A DNA stretch of 64,000 bases, from positions 1,244,869-1,308,868 of the forward strand of contig OZ251460.1 in the NCBI GenBank assembly GCA_965242585.1, written 5' to 3'. The notes under the pieces are model-generated. The model saw only the letters and a program-made list of their open reading frames with translations. It had not been told where the DNA came from and did not search any database. This DNA comes from Limisphaerales bacterium. GTDB lineage: Bacteria > Verrucomicrobiota > Verrucomicrobiia > Limisphaerales > AAA164-E04. Positions 1 to 9,879 of the stretch are shown one piece after another; positions within the stretch are counted from its first letter, which is position 1; the number at the start of each line of letters is the position of its first letter. A program made the position numbers and the translations under genes.

Positions 1-220
1 ATGTCGCGGTTGGGGGAAGGGGGCTTTGTTAGCGTCGCATGTTTCCGCTTAGGAGATTTATCATTGTCCGGGGGATGAGTATATGTAGGAGCGCAGGTGG
101 TTGGATGAATGGACCGGGTGATCTTATTTTCGGAGTTCGGCTATGAGCAGTGAATGCGGATTGGACCCGGCTGGCTAGCAAAACTTCCGCGCTAATGGAA
201 CAGTGAGAAGCGCCGTGTAA

Positions 221-1747
221 TTAGAAATTACGGCGTGAAGGAGTGGTGTTAGGTTGAGAGGCAAGTTCGGGAAAAGTTGCGGCGAGTTCCAATGTGTCGC
301 CGTGTTTTTTCTGTTGAGTTTGTAGGTTGTCGAAGAGTGTTTTCATTCTCTCCAATTGTTCTGGTTGCCGGGCAAGATCGTGTTGTTCGTGGGGATCGGC
401 GGCCAAGTGGTAGAGACGTTTGACTTTGATCTTTGGGTAGAGGATAAGTTTCCAACCATCTTGTCGAAGGGCGCGTTGGGTGTCCATATAGGCGCTGTAA
501 ACGGGGGTGTTTCTTTTGACGGCTTGACGACCAGAAAGAAGGGGAAGCAGGGAACGGAATTCTATGTCTTGGCGTTGGAAGTCGCCAGCTAAATCCAGGC
601 ACGTAGCCATGAGGTCTTGCAAGAAGATGGGTTCGGCAATTTGTGTGCCGGGGGTTGCTTTCGGTCCGGCAATAAGGAACGGCACGCGGAGGGAGTGATC
701 ATACATGTTTTGCTTGCCTAGTAATCCGTGATGGCCGCAGGCGAGTCCGTGGTCGGCGGTATAGATGATCCATGTGTTTTTTCGGAGTCCTTGGGCTTTG
801 AGTTCGTCCAGGATTCTTCCGATTTGTTCGTCTAAGTGGGAGATGATGGCGTAGTATTCCCGGCGGTGAACTTTAACTGCGTATTTTGTGCGCGGGTAGA
901 CGGCAAGGGCTTCGTCGCGAAGATTGGGTTGGAGTCCGGATGTGACGTGGGGATATTGGGGCTGGAAGGGGAGGGGAATGGAGATGTTTTGCAGGGGGTA
1001 GCGGTCGAGAAATTCTTGGGGGCTTTGCCGCGGGTCGTGAGGAGCGTTGAAGGCGAGGTACATGAAGAAGGGTTTTGCGTTGCCGTCAGCGGTTTTTTTG
1101 CCGGCGTCGCGGAGGAATCTTACAGCATCGTCGGCGAGAACTTCGGACCAGTGTTTGCCGCCTTGCCAGAAGCCGCCGAATTTGGGGTCGGCGGGGTTCC
1201 ACAGGTCTGGTTGACCTTCAATGGGGCGGTGATAGCCGAGGGGGCGTTTGTCTTTTGGCATTCCGGGGCGAACGCGGGCGACGTGGTTGAAGAGGTGTTC
1301 GGGGGGGACGCCAACGTGCCATTTCCCGGTGAAGTAGGTTTCGTATCCGAGCGATTGCATTCGGCGGGGCCAGAGGGAGTCGTGGAATTGGTTTTGTTGG
1401 GTGGTGATTTGTTTTTTGAGGTTTCGCATAGTTTGGCTGGCGGCGTGGGCTCGCCAAAGTGTTTTGCCGGTGACGAGCATGGTTCTGGAGGCGACGCAGA
1501 CGGCGCCCGTCCAGGATCCCATGTTGAAGCAATGGGTGAATTGGACGCTTTGGCGGGTAAGTTGGTCTAGGCGCGGAGTTTGAACCGTTGGATCGTCCTT
1601 TGGTCCCAAGGTGTCGTAGGCTTGGTCGTCGGCGAAGAGGAAGAGAATGTTGGGTTTGGTTTCAGCGGCCGAGGTGGTTCCCGCGAGAAAAACGAAGGCA
1701 AGACTGAAACACCCTGTCCAGCGAGAGTGAAAAAGATTGAAAGTCAT
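221..1747 (-). CDS. Secreted sulfatase (formylglycine-dependent arylsulfatase family)
   Basis: 508-aa ORF with an N-terminal signal peptide. Sulfatase blocks are NILFLFADDQ, C-V-A-S-R-TMLVTG (CxAxR variant of the FGly motif), GKWH, FNAPHDP and TADHG. Confidence 0.9.
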   Translation of the reverse strand: MTFNLFHSRWTGCFSLAFVFLAGTTSAAETKPNILFLFADDQAYDTLGPKDDPTVQTPRLDQLTRQSVQFTHCFNMGSWTGAVCVASRTMLVTGKTLWRAHAASQTMRNLKKQITTQQNQFHDSLWPRRMQSLGYETYFTGKWHVGVPPEHLFNHVARVRPGMPKDKRPLGYHRPIEGQPDLWNPADPKFGGFWQGGKHWSEVLADDAVRFLRDAGKKTADGNAKPFFMYLAFNAPHDPRQSPQEFLDRYPLQNISIPLPFQPQYPHVTSGLQPNLRDEALAVYPRTKYAVKVHRREYYAIISHLDEQIGRILDELKAQGLRKNTWIIYTADHGLACGHHGLLGKQNMYDHSLRVPFLIAGPKATPGTQIAEPIFLQDLMATCLDLAGDFQRQDIEFRSLLPLLSGRQAVKRNTPVYSAYMDTQRALRQDGWKLILYPKIKVKRLYHLAADPHEQHDLARQPEQLERMKTLFDNLQTQQKKHGDTLELAATFPELASQPNTTPSRRNF

Positions 1748-1866
1748 AAGTCATAGTTTAACTGGGAAATCGATTTTGTAGAAGCTCTTTTTTGGGGAAG
1801 GGATGGGGAGAGCCGGCGGATTGAGTTTTCTACGGGATTATTAGGCGTTTTTGCTGGAGCGGAGAT

Positions 1867-3039
1867 TTAGGCTTTGGGGTTCAGTTGGCTGAGGAATCGG
1901 GCCAAATCGCGGCGGTAGTCGGAGTCAATTTCCATTTGCGTGAGTTGTTTGTGAACCATCGCCAAGCCGTTCGCTCCGGATTCGGCTGACTGTGCGTCGA
2001 CAAATCGCCGGCTGGGATCGGGGTGGAGGAAACGTTGGAGGATGTGGACGAGTTGCCGGTTGACGCGCACGTAGGGAGGCAGGAGTGACTCCAATTGCTG
2101 AGGCAAGGTGAGCTTTAGTTTCAGAAGATCGTTTTCGGTCGCGCCTCGATCCGTGCTAAGTCGTTGGCCGCGAAGCAATTCCAGCCCTACCAGTCCTACG
2201 GCGTAAATGTCGGATTGGACGGTGGCCGGTTTGCGTTCGTGGACTTCCGGCGCCATGTAAAGCGGAGTGCCAATGAGGGGGTTTGTTGGTTCGTCCATCA
2301 TGACGGCGCGTCCGAAGTCGATTAACTTGACGTAGCCAAGCGGGTCGATCATGGCGTTGCTCAGCTTGATATCGCAGTGGAGATAGCGGGCGGCGTGGAG
2401 AGTTTCCAAGCCGGAGAGCATCTGCCGCATCACATAAACGGCAACGCCGGGCTGGATGCAGAGCTTGTTGTCGTAAAGATTGAGTATGGTTTGGACGCGC
2501 TTGTTAGCGCGGGTGCTGTGCCAGTTTCGATTGAGGTAGCGCTGTTTGCAGAGTTTCAAAAAGGCGCGAAGATTCATGCCCTCAATCATCTCCATTTGGA
2601 TGTATCCGATTCCGTTGGTTTCCTCGTAAATGTCGCAGTCGATGAGGTTGGGCGAGCGAGCGGAATGAAGACGGGAAACTTGCGCCGCAATGCGCCCCAT
2701 GTCCGTCCAGTATTTTTTGACGCTTGAGTAAAGGCCGGGATCGAAGATTTTGACGGCGTGTTGAGTGATGCAGCCGCGCGATCCTTGTCGTTCCGCCAGA
2801 AAGACAACGCCCTGCCGCCCTTCGCCAATCTGACGGTGAAATCGATAGGCGACCGGATAAAAGATGGCGTGGGTGCGCAGGATGGATTGAAAGTTCTCAA
2901 TCAACTGTTTGCGTCCCATTCCAACAAAGTCGTCTCGCTCTTCGGCCGTGTCCGAACCGGAAGACACAGTGGGATCGCGCAAAGTGGTCTCCGCATCGGG
3001 AGGAAAATCCTTCGGATTGTTGAGCGCAGGAGGAATCAT
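1867..3039 (-). CDS. Hanks-type serine/threonine protein kinase
   Basis: 390-aa ORF with an ATG start. It has the glycine loop GEGRQGVV, AVKIF (catalytic Lys), the catalytic loop HCDIKLSNAMI, DFG and APE. Confidence 0.85.
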   Translation of the reverse strand: MIPPALNNPKDFPPDAETTLRDPTVSSGSDTAEERDDFVGMGRKQLIENFQSILRTHAIFYPVAYRFHRQIGEGRQGVVFLAERQGSRGCITQHAVKIFDPGLYSSVKKYWTDMGRIAAQVSRLHSARSPNLIDCDIYEETNGIGYIQMEMIEGMNLRAFLKLCKQRYLNRNWHSTRANKRVQTILNLYDNKLCIQPGVAVYVMRQMLSGLETLHAARYLHCDIKLSNAMIDPLGYVKLIDFGRAVMMDEPTNPLIGTPLYMAPEVHERKPATVQSDIYAVGLVGLELLRGQRLSTDRGATENDLLKLKLTLPQQLESLLPPYVRVNRQLVHILQRFLHPDPSRRFVDAQSAESGANGLAMVHKQLTQMEIDSDYRRDLARFLSQLNPKA

Positions 3040-3168
3040 GGATTGTTAACTGCCGTCAAAGCATATAAGCGCAACGCTTGAAAGTCGTATTGAGAATGAA
3101 AAAAAATCAAGTTTCTCCACGAATTTGTTTTTTTGAAACTAAACAAGATTCTCGCGCTGAAAGGGAAG

Positions 3169-3420
3169 TCAATCTATTTTCGCCGCGGCTTTATCTAAAT
3201 AATCTTTAATGATTCTTTGGGCAGTGACGTACATGAGGTATTCTTCAGCGTTGATGCCCATCTCTTCTGGATCAAATTCGTTTGCGTAGACCTCGATGAT
3301 TCTCATCGCGATTTCTCGCTCTTCTTTGCTGGGTTTGGGGTCGTTGAATTTGGCGCATCCTCCCGTCCATGCGACAACGGCGATCCAAAGGAATAATTTC
3401 AATTTCTTGGTCATAAACAA
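3169..3420 (-). CDS. Small putative lipoprotein
   Basis: 83-aa ORF. It has a hydrophobic leader ending in a lipobox-like WTGGC. I recognise no family. Confidence 0.45.
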   Translation of the reverse strand: MFMTKKLKLFLWIAVVAWTGGCAKFNDPKPSKEEREIAMRIIEVYANEFDPEEMGINAEEYLMYVTAQRIIKDYLDKAAAKID

Positions 3421-3450
3421 AATCGAAAACTTTGCAAGCCAACGGTTGGT

Positions 3451-4947
3451 TCAATTCGTTCTTTTCACGCTTGGAACACCGGCGCGGTAACGGTTTAGCA
3501 AGGATTTGAGGGCTTTTGCTTTTTCGGGATGAGCGGCGAGAAGGTTGACGGTTTGTTTGGGGTCTGTGCGCAGGTTGAAGAGTTCGGCGGGCTCTTGATG
3601 CGGTTGGACGCCCAGAGTTTCCAAAATTGTTTTCGGTTCACGGTTGTCGGCTCCGCTGGGAGCGTCGATAAAAACCCAGTCGCCTTGCCGAATGGCGAAT
3701 TTGCCTCTGCCGCTGTGATGAACGACGGCTTCCCTGATGGGCTCGGCGAGTTTCTCCGAACGGAGCGCCGGCAGAATATTGTAAGAATCTTCAGCAGCGT
3801 TCGGCGGAAGGTCGTAATCAATGATGGCGGCGACGGTGGCCATTAGGTCGGTGAGGCAGATGATTTCCGTTGAAGTGGAATTGGAAGGAATTTGGCCGGG
3901 CCAGCGAGCGAGGAAGGGAACTCGATGTCCGCCTTCGTAAAGGTCTCGTTTGCATCCGCGGTTTCCGGCGCTGCTCCAATGGTTGTAGGTTTGGATATGA
4001 CCGTAGGTGTTGGTTTCGGCGCCGTTGTCTGCGGTGAAGATGACGAGTGTGTTGTCCGCCACGCCGGAGCGTTTCAACTGAGCCAAAATGCTTCCCACTG
4101 CGTCATCCAATTCCAGCACAAAGTCGCCGAAGACTCCGCAACCGCTTTTTCCCAAAAACTCTTTGTTTGGATTGATGGGGCGGTGCGGGCAAATGGGGGC
4201 GAAGAAGACGAAGAAAGGCCGCCGGGCTTGCGCGCTTCGTTCAATAAAAGCGTTCGTTTTTTCCACCCAAGCGGGAATCATTTGCTCAAAAGTGAAGCCG
4301 GGTTGCTGAAAGCCTTTGTTGTTGTTGGGTCCGACAATGTGGGCGGGGATGTGCGTATAATCAAAAGGTTCTGAAGGCTCCGCCAAGACGTGGCGATTTT
4401 CCATGAACGCCCAAGCCGGCTGGGCGAGCGCAAAGGAATAGGTGAAGCCGGCGTCTAGCGGGCAATAGAGGGCGGGTTTTGACCAGTCGATGTTGAGCGG
4501 ATTCACCTTGCCGTCGGGATTCTTCAATGGCCAGCGGCGTCCCAAATGCCATTTGCCAAAGTGTCCCGTTTCGTAGCCGCTGGCCGCAAGCATGGCCGGA
4601 AGCGTCAATCGCTTTGGTTCGATGAGAGGTTCCGAGGCGCCGTTTAGCACGCCGCTTTTGAGTCGAGTGCGCCAACAATACCGGCCGGTCAGCACACCGT
4701 AGCGAGTGGGCGTGCAAACGCCCGAGGGCGAATGCGCGTCGACAAAACGAATGCCTTCGCCGGCCAAACGATCCAAGTGCGGCGTTTGGATTTTGGAGTC
4801 TGGATTGTTGCAAGAAAGATCGCCGAAACCCAAGTCGTCGGCCAAAATCAGAATGATGTTCGGGCGCTTTGAATCGGCGGCAACACCGGTAAAAGTCAGA
4901 AGCGCTAAAAATGCGCCAATTAATATTTTGCTCATAATCTTGTTCAT
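3451..4947 (-). CDS. Secreted sulfatase
   Basis: 498-aa ORF with a signal peptide. Motifs are NIILILADDLGFGD, CTPTRYGVLTGRY, GKWHLG and TADNGA. Confidence 0.92.
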   Translation of the reverse strand: MNKIMSKILIGAFLALLTFTGVAADSKRPNIILILADDLGFGDLSCNNPDSKIQTPHLDRLAGEGIRFVDAHSPSGVCTPTRYGVLTGRYCWRTRLKSGVLNGASEPLIEPKRLTLPAMLAASGYETGHFGKWHLGRRWPLKNPDGKVNPLNIDWSKPALYCPLDAGFTYSFALAQPAWAFMENRHVLAEPSEPFDYTHIPAHIVGPNNNKGFQQPGFTFEQMIPAWVEKTNAFIERSAQARRPFFVFFAPICPHRPINPNKEFLGKSGCGVFGDFVLELDDAVGSILAQLKRSGVADNTLVIFTADNGAETNTYGHIQTYNHWSSAGNRGCKRDLYEGGHRVPFLARWPGQIPSNSTSTEIICLTDLMATVAAIIDYDLPPNAAEDSYNILPALRSEKLAEPIREAVVHHSGRGKFAIRQGDWVFIDAPSGADNREPKTILETLGVQPHQEPAELFNLRTDPKQTVNLLAAHPEKAKALKSLLNRYRAGVPSVKRTN

Positions 4948-5119
4948 AACTTAGAAAATTCATGCGCTCGAAATAGCGGCGGCAACGTTGGCAAACGGCA
5001 TCGGCTCTGGCGGAATCCTAATGTAACTTTCCCAACGTCGTTCTCGTCATTATTTCTGCGGGCGCCAAACATTGGCTGAAGATTGAACAAAACGTCGAAC
5101 CAAAAGTCTAACCTTTTGT

Positions 5120-6160
5120 ATGAAGACATTACTTCTTATTTTGATTGCCGCGGCCGTCGCGCTTCCCGCTATGGCCGAAGACCGTGAAAAACGCGAGCGT
5201 CCGGAAAAATCTTCCGAACGCCGGGAGTTTCACGAAGAAAAAGATGCCGCTCACAAAGAAGAGCGCCACAAAGAACAGGAAATTCGCAAACGTCGGCAAG
5301 ACCTCGAACGCCGGAAACATGAGCATCGACGCCTAGCAGAGGCTGAAGAAAATCGAGAAATCCAGCGGCGCATCATGGCTGAAGAGGAAGAAAGAGAGAA
5401 AGTCCGCCGAAAAGCAATCCGAGAACGTCGTGAACTTCACGCCGCCGAGAGAGAACACTTCCGCCGCCGAGAACACGCTGATGAGGAAAAACAACGAGAA
5501 TTCCGTCCAGAAATCCGCCTGCAATGGGTAAGAGGAATAAGGGAGCGCGCCCGCCATTTTGATTTGCGCGAACGCGAACTGGCTCTCAAAGAAAAAGAAC
5601 TGTCCCTCAAAGAGCGCGAAATCGAATTGAAGTCGCGCGAAATCAAGTTGGATCTGCGCGAGCTGGATTTGCGCAAACACGAACTGGCTCTCAAAGAAAA
5701 AGCGATGGAGATGGAGAAAAAAGCAAAGGCGATGTATCAAAAAATGCACCAACCAAAAGCCAAGTCCCACACGATTAAAATCGAAACCAAGCCTCACACA
5801 CTAGAAATCGATCCTCTGACGCTTGATGACATCGGAGATAAAGTGAAATTCGGAACCGGCGACGGCGTTATTACGGCATTTAAACACGATGACGTGGTAG
5901 TGATTCGGAATCACGATTTGTTGACTGAAGAGGTGAAACAACGTGTTAAGAAACACTTGGAAGCAGTGGAAAACTCGGTTGAAGATGCGAAAGATCAAGC
6001 CTCAGAAGTTCAAAAGCAATCGCTTCCAAAAGCAAAAGAAGCACTCCAAAAGGCGAAGGAAGCAGTCATCATTCGAAAGACAACTTCCCGCGACGATAGC
6101 GAAGGAATTGACGCTGTGAACTCATCGACCAAACCTGAAAAAGGGAAAGTTCAACAATAG
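5120..6160 (+). CDS. Secreted, highly charged (E/R/K-rich) coiled-coil protein
   Basis: 346-aa ORF with signal peptide MKTLLLILIAAAVALPAMA. It contains a long heptad-like E/K/R/L segment (LALKEKELSLKEREIELKSREIKLDLRELDLRKHELALKEK). The terminator at 6213-6247 follows it. Confidence 0.7.
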   Translation: MKTLLLILIAAAVALPAMAEDREKRERPEKSSERREFHEEKDAAHKEERHKEQEIRKRRQDLERRKHEHRRLAEAEENREIQRRIMAEEEEREKVRRKAIRERRELHAAEREHFRRREHADEEKQREFRPEIRLQWVRGIRERARHFDLRERELALKEKELSLKEREIELKSREIKLDLRELDLRKHELALKEKAMEMEKKAKAMYQKMHQPKAKSHTIKIETKPHTLEIDPLTLDDIGDKVKFGTGDGVITAFKHDDVVVIRNHDLLTEEVKQRVKKHLEAVENSVEDAKDQASEVQKQSLPKAKEALQKAKEAVIIRKTTSRDDSEGIDAVNSSTKPEKGKVQQ

Positions 6161-6212
6161 AATCGCTGACGCATTTTTAAACGAATCAGAGTATTCGGCA
6201 GATTGTTAGAAC

Positions 6213-6247
6213 ATGGCCGTCTCGTTAGAGATGGCCATTTGTTTTTT
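6213..6247 (+). terminator. Rho-independent terminator downstream of the 5120-6160 gene
   Basis: 11-bp stem ATGGCCGTCTC / GAGATGGCCAT with one G-U pair and loop GTTA. It is followed by TTGTTTTTTC. Confidence 0.7.
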
Positions 6248-6278
6248 CTGAACCGTCGAGAATTCTAGCAGATGGATT

Positions 6279-6389
6279 TCACATGTTTTTGGGAAATGCT
6301 GGTTTTGTAAAAGCTAGGTTGTTTATCGCCGGCGCAAAGTTGACGCCAAGCTTCTTTTGGAGCTTCTTGTCGTATTGATCTTTAGTCAT
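6279..6389 (-). CDS. Mini-ORF (36 aa) in the AT-rich islet
   Basis: Hand-translated as MTKDQYDKKLQKKLGVNFAPAINNLAFTKPAFPKNM. A GGAAAG Shine-Dalgarno-like site lies about 8 nt upstream. It starts 4 nt after the stop of the preceding mini-ORF. It is below the ORF-track size cutoff. Confidence 0.3.
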   Translation of the reverse strand: MTKDQYDKKLQKKLGVNFAPAINNLAFTKPAFPKNM

Positions 6390-6393
6390 TATC

Positions 6394-6552
6394 TTACTTT
6401 CCATCTAGTAGTTTTTGTTTGCGCTCTCCAAGAATCTTGATTGCCTTGTAGAGATGTTTCTGAGATTTGGAGTCGTCTTTGTTTAGTTAAATAAGCTCCC
6501 CTATACCAAACTGCAGCTTGGCGATCTTTTCAATTTCCCTCTTGCTGTTCAT
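6394..6552 (-). pseudogene. Mini-ORF interrupted by one in-frame TAA (21 aa + 30 aa)
   Basis: Hand-translated as MNSKREIEKIAKLQFGIGELI-TAA-LNKDDSKSQKHLYKAIKILGERKQKLLDGK-TAA, all in one frame. The second half has no start codon. AAAGGAAAAG lies upstream of the ATG. Confidence 0.3.
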
Positions 6553-6664
6553 CTTTTCCTTTCTCTTCAAAGTAATCTCCAACATCCAATAGATTTGGAT
6601 CCAATACCTGACTCTCATACAGAGCGTCAGATTGCTCTTCTGTTAGTTTGTCTAGTTCAATCAT
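6530..6664 (-). CDS. Mini-ORF (44 aa, acidic) in the AT-rich islet
   Basis: Hand-translated as MIELDKLTEEQSDALYESQVLDPNLLDVGDYFEEKGKDEQQEGN. AAGGAAA lies 4-5 nt upstream of the ATG. Its 3' end overlaps the start of the next mini-ORF. Confidence 0.35.
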   Translation of the reverse strand: MIELDKLTEEQSDALYESQVLDPNLLDVGDYFEEKGKDEQQEGN

Positions 6665-6774
6665 CTAGTTTCCTTTCTTATAGTGTTTCATCTTATTCTT
6701 TCTAGCCACCGATTGTGTATTGCGGTGACATACAAGAAAGTTTGTCTAAGCAAACTCCTCCAAACACATTCATC

Positions 6775-7320
6775 TTAGTGATCTATGATTACCCAGCTGT
6801 CGTCTTCACATGTCCATACAAACTCAAAGTTACCAGATCTAGAATATTCTGGCTTGATGATGCTGTATGGGCATTTCATACCCTTCTCCTGATACAGCTT
6901 GAATCTTCTCTTCATCTGCCCTTGCATACATCCAAGTAGCTTGTCTTCGCTGCATACATCTGGATCCAAAAAACCTTCTCGCAAAGCAGCTAATCCTAGC
7001 TGTCTACTGTCAAAAGATTTTCCTTTATACTTCTGTAGCACTCTTTCTCCAGCAACACTCCATGATGAAGAGAAGCTCATTGAGAAGTTGTATCCTTTTA
7101 TTTCTGTAAGATACTTGGATTCACCATCTGGATTCAAAGATTTCTTTGGTTTTGTATCCAGTCCATCTTCTTTGTTTTTCTGTCTTAGTTTGTAAAGAGA
7201 TTCACAAAGATCTCGCTCTTTTTTTGCATCTCCAAAACCATATTCTATCGCCTTGATCTTTTTCTCGAGATCTTTGATTCTTGTCTCGAGCTCACGATCT
7301 AGATTGTTCCTATTGTTCAT
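6775..7320 (-). CDS. Hypothetical protein (AT-rich islet)
   Basis: 181-aa ORF with a coiled-coil-like N-terminus and a Cys-containing C-terminal half. I recognise no family. The composition is clearly more AT-rich than the flanks. Confidence 0.55.
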   Translation of the reverse strand: MNNRNNLDRELETRIKDLEKKIKAIEYGFGDAKKERDLCESLYKLRQKNKEDGLDTKPKKSLNPDGESKYLTEIKGYNFSMSFSSSWSVAGERVLQKYKGKSFDSRQLGLAALREGFLDPDVCSEDKLLGCMQGQMKRRFKLYQEKGMKCPYSIIKPEYSRSGNFEFVWTCEDDSWVIIDH

Positions 7321-7393
7321 TGTATACTTTTGTTATATTTGTTTGATAGCTCCCGTGTTGTATTTGGGAACATAGAAAATGAGCAAACAAGGA

Positions 7394-7438
7394 CAGATGC
7401 GGCTGCTAGATGCGGCTCTAGATTACCGCCCGCATCTG
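7394..7438. repeat. Inverted repeat CAGATGCGG / CCGCATCTG with a nested direct repeat AGATGCGGCT x2
   Basis: The inverted arms are at 7394-7402 and 7430-7438. The direct 10-mers are at 7395-7404 and 7408-7417. It lies between the prepilin-like gene stop and the 6775-7320 gene start. Confidence 0.6.
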
Positions 7439-7570
7439 CCCTGTCTGCAAAATTTATCTTGTTGTTCATACCACTAGCAGCTGGTATTCGCTAGATTAGC
7501 CCTTCAAGATTGCCTCAAGCTCTTTTTCAAGCAGGATGATTGCGCAGTGTTTGCGAGTGCGGTGTTTGGT

Positions 7571-8365
7571 TTAAGGATTTCCTTGAGCGGCGGCGTAACC
7601 TTGTTGCATGTATTTCAAATCACGGCCGTTGGGGGCTTTGACGCCGTAGGTTTGGCCGTCAGACATTTGGAAGGTGGATTCGTCTAGCCAACGGTGAAGT
7701 TCCACGTGGCCGTCGGCAAAGGCCAGGCAGTTCTTTTCGCCGTGCCGTATAGCAATGGGATCCCACCAAGCGTCGGTAAAAGGATAGGGAAGAAGCCATC
7801 CACCCCAATTGCTCCCTCCCACGTCGGTTTCTTCTTCCAAAAATACGTATTTTGTCGATGGCGTTCGAAGTTGGCTGAATTGAACAATGGCTTCGGGATT
7901 GTAAGGCGGGCCGTTCATGCTGCATGGGATCGCATAGCTTCTCCAGGCTTTGCCTTGGTTGACTTTTTGGCTTTTCAAAGGCGAATTGCGGCGGTCGGAG
8001 AGGCAGTGATAAACTTTAGGGTCTTCTAAGTAGTCCCATAGCAGTCCATCTTTGAGACCGCGAATTGCGTCTTCAACAGAGCCGCCGGGACCGGCGGGTT
8101 GACCGTTTTCTTTCTGCTTGCGGCCTACCCAGTCGCCGGCTTTGCGTCCGTGGTCGTGGGCGCCGACGATTTTGTCCCGGTTGTCTCCATAGTAAAGAAT
8201 CCAGGCTAGGATAAGGTTCTTTTCGTTGTTTCGGCAGAAGGCTTCCCTGCTTGCTTCTTTGGCTCGAGACAGGGCGGGAAGTAGCATGCCGGCGAGAATT
8301 GCGATGATGGCAATCACAACGAGAAGCTCTATAAGCGTAAAGGCTTGGCGCGCAGGATGTTTCAT
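7571..8365 (-). CDS. Prepilin-type N-terminal cleavage/methylation domain protein with C-terminal H-X9-DG motif
   Basis: [31 protein letters not shown] is a type IV pilin-like leader. The C-terminal [17 protein letters not shown] fits H-X9-DG. I placed the start at ATG 8365 (MKHPARQAF) rather than at the longer track ORF. Confidence 0.85.
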   Translation of the reverse strand: MKHPARQAFTLIELLVVIAIIAILAGMLLPALSRAKEASREAFCRNNEKNLILAWILYYGDNRDKIVGAHDHGRKAGDWVGRKQKENGQPAGPGGSVEDAIRGLKDGLLWDYLEDPKVYHCLSDRRNSPLKSQKVNQGKAWRSYAIPCSMNGPPYNPEAIVQFSQLRTPSTKYVFLEEETDVGGSNWGGWLLPYPFTDAWWDPIAIRHGEKNCLAFADGHVELHRWLDESTFQMSDGQTYGVKAPNGRDLKYMQQGYAAAQGNP

Positions 8366-8436
8366 TGGTTTGAATTTGCAGTGAAAGTTGGCGGTTGCGG
8401 ACAAAAGCATCCAGATTAGTGGTTTTTTATTGGCTT

Positions 8437-9879
8437 TTATTCGGAAGTCCAAATGCGGCGCTTGTTGGATGCGCCATATTCTTCGGGAATGTTCCAGAAG
8501 TAACCTTCGCGGATGACTTCCGCGTGTTTTTGGGAAAGTTTTTCTCCCAGTTCTTTGAAGAGCTCAGGTTGCGCGGAGGCTAGATTTTGTTGTTGCCGCA
8601 AGTCGTTTTTCAGATTGAAGAGCTGGAGAGAGGTTGGGCGGCTGGTTTTGATTTGGAGCATGTCGTCTCGGACAAGTGGATGGGTTTTAGGTCGTTGCGC
8701 GTCGTTGGAGTGGGCAATGAGGCTCCATTGGCCGACGCGCAGGGACAGAGACGGATTGACTCGATAAAAAAACCAGTAGAGTGGTTGGCGTCGCTGAAAT
8801 GTTTCCGACTTTCCGGCGAGGAGGGGAAGGATGCTGGCGCCGTCCAAAGCGCGATCGCTCGGCGGTTGAAGGCCGGCAATATCGCAAACGGTTGGAAAGT
8901 AATCTACCCCGCTGATGGGGACGGAGGATTCTGTTCCCGGCTGAATATTGCCGGGCCAGCGAAAGATTCCAGGCACTCGATGGCCTCCTTCCCAGAGGTT
9001 TGACTTTTGTCCCCGAAGGCCGGATCGCGAGAAATTATTCAACGGACCGTTGTCCGAAGTGAGGAAAACGACGGTATCTTCGGCGAGGTCGGATTCTTTG
9101 AGATAGGTGAGAAGACGGCCGACGGCGCCATCCACGTTTTCGACGTTGGCGTGATAATCCGCCTGTTTTCGGCTCAAATCAGGATAAAGCTCTTGATACT
9201 TTTTCACCAAGTCTGGCGGAGAGGCAATTGGAGTGTGAGGTTCGTGAAACCAGACACAGGCAAAAAATGGTTTTAGCGGCTGGTCTGCGGCAATGCGGTC
9301 GAGCCAAGAGACAGTTTCGGAGACGACGATTTGGCAGGAATACCCTTCCTGTTTTCCGACCGGCGCGCCGTTTCGAATGAAGTTGACAGGGTTGTGGTGA
9401 TTGGGCGCGGCATTGTTATCCGTTCCGAAGGAATGGTCGAAGCCTTGATCGGCGGGAGAAGGTTGATCGGATTGGAGCTGGGATAAATGCCATTTTCCAA
9501 AATGTCCGGTATGGTAGCCGGCTTTCTTCAATAATTCTGCGAGCGTCACTGCTTCAGATCGAAGGTGCATCACGTGGTTTTTGGGGAGGTAGCTGTAAAG
9601 GCCGCTTCGGGCGGGAATCCTTCCGGTCAGAAGCCCGGCTCGAGAGGGTGAGCAATTGGGCGCGGCGGAATGGCAATCGGTGAAGCGCATTCCTTCGGCG
9701 GCAAGTTGATCCATGCGGGGCGTTTGGATTCGACTGCCGTAACAGCCCAAATCCGTCCAACCAGCGTCGTCCAGAAGTATTAGAAGAAAATTCGGCTTTT
9801 CTTTCCCGGCAAGGGCAACCTTACAGAAAATTAGCAGCAGGAGGGTGTAAATGGTGTAAAACGTGAGTCTAAATTTCAT
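8437..9879 (-). CDS. Secreted sulfatase
   Basis: 480-aa ORF with a signal peptide. Motifs are [42 protein letters not shown] and SDNGP. Confidence 0.92.
   Translation of the reverse strand: MKFRLTFYTIYTLLLLIFCKVALAGKEKPNFLLILLDDAGWTDLGCYGSRIQTPRMDQLAAEGMRFTDCHSAAPNCSPSRAGLLTGRIPARSGLYSYLPKNHVMHLRSEAVTLAELLKKAGYHTGHFGKWHLSQLQSDQPSPADQGFDHSFGTDNNAAPNHHNPVNFIRNGAPVGKQEGYSCQIVVSETVSWLDRIAADQPLKPFFACVWFHEPHTPIASPPDLVKKYQELYPDLSRKQADYHANVENVDGAVGRLLTYLKESDLAEDTVVFLTSDNGPLNNFSRSGLRGQKSNLWEGGHRVPGIFRWPGNIQPGTESSVPISGVDYFPTVCDIAGLQPPSDRALDGASILPLLAGKSETFQRRQPLYWFFYRVNPSLSLRVGQWSLIAHSNDAQRPKTHPLVRDDMLQIKTSRPTSLQLFNLKNDLRQQQNLASAQPELFKELGEKLSQKHAEVIREGYFWNIPEEYGASNKRRIWTSE

Noticed and set aside
211-235. 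A hairpin CGCCGT(G)TAATT-AGA-AATTACGGCG spanning the stop codon of the first sulfatase gene.
   Set aside because: The stem is bulged and no T-tract follows on the minus strand. It may be a weak terminator, but that is not convincing.
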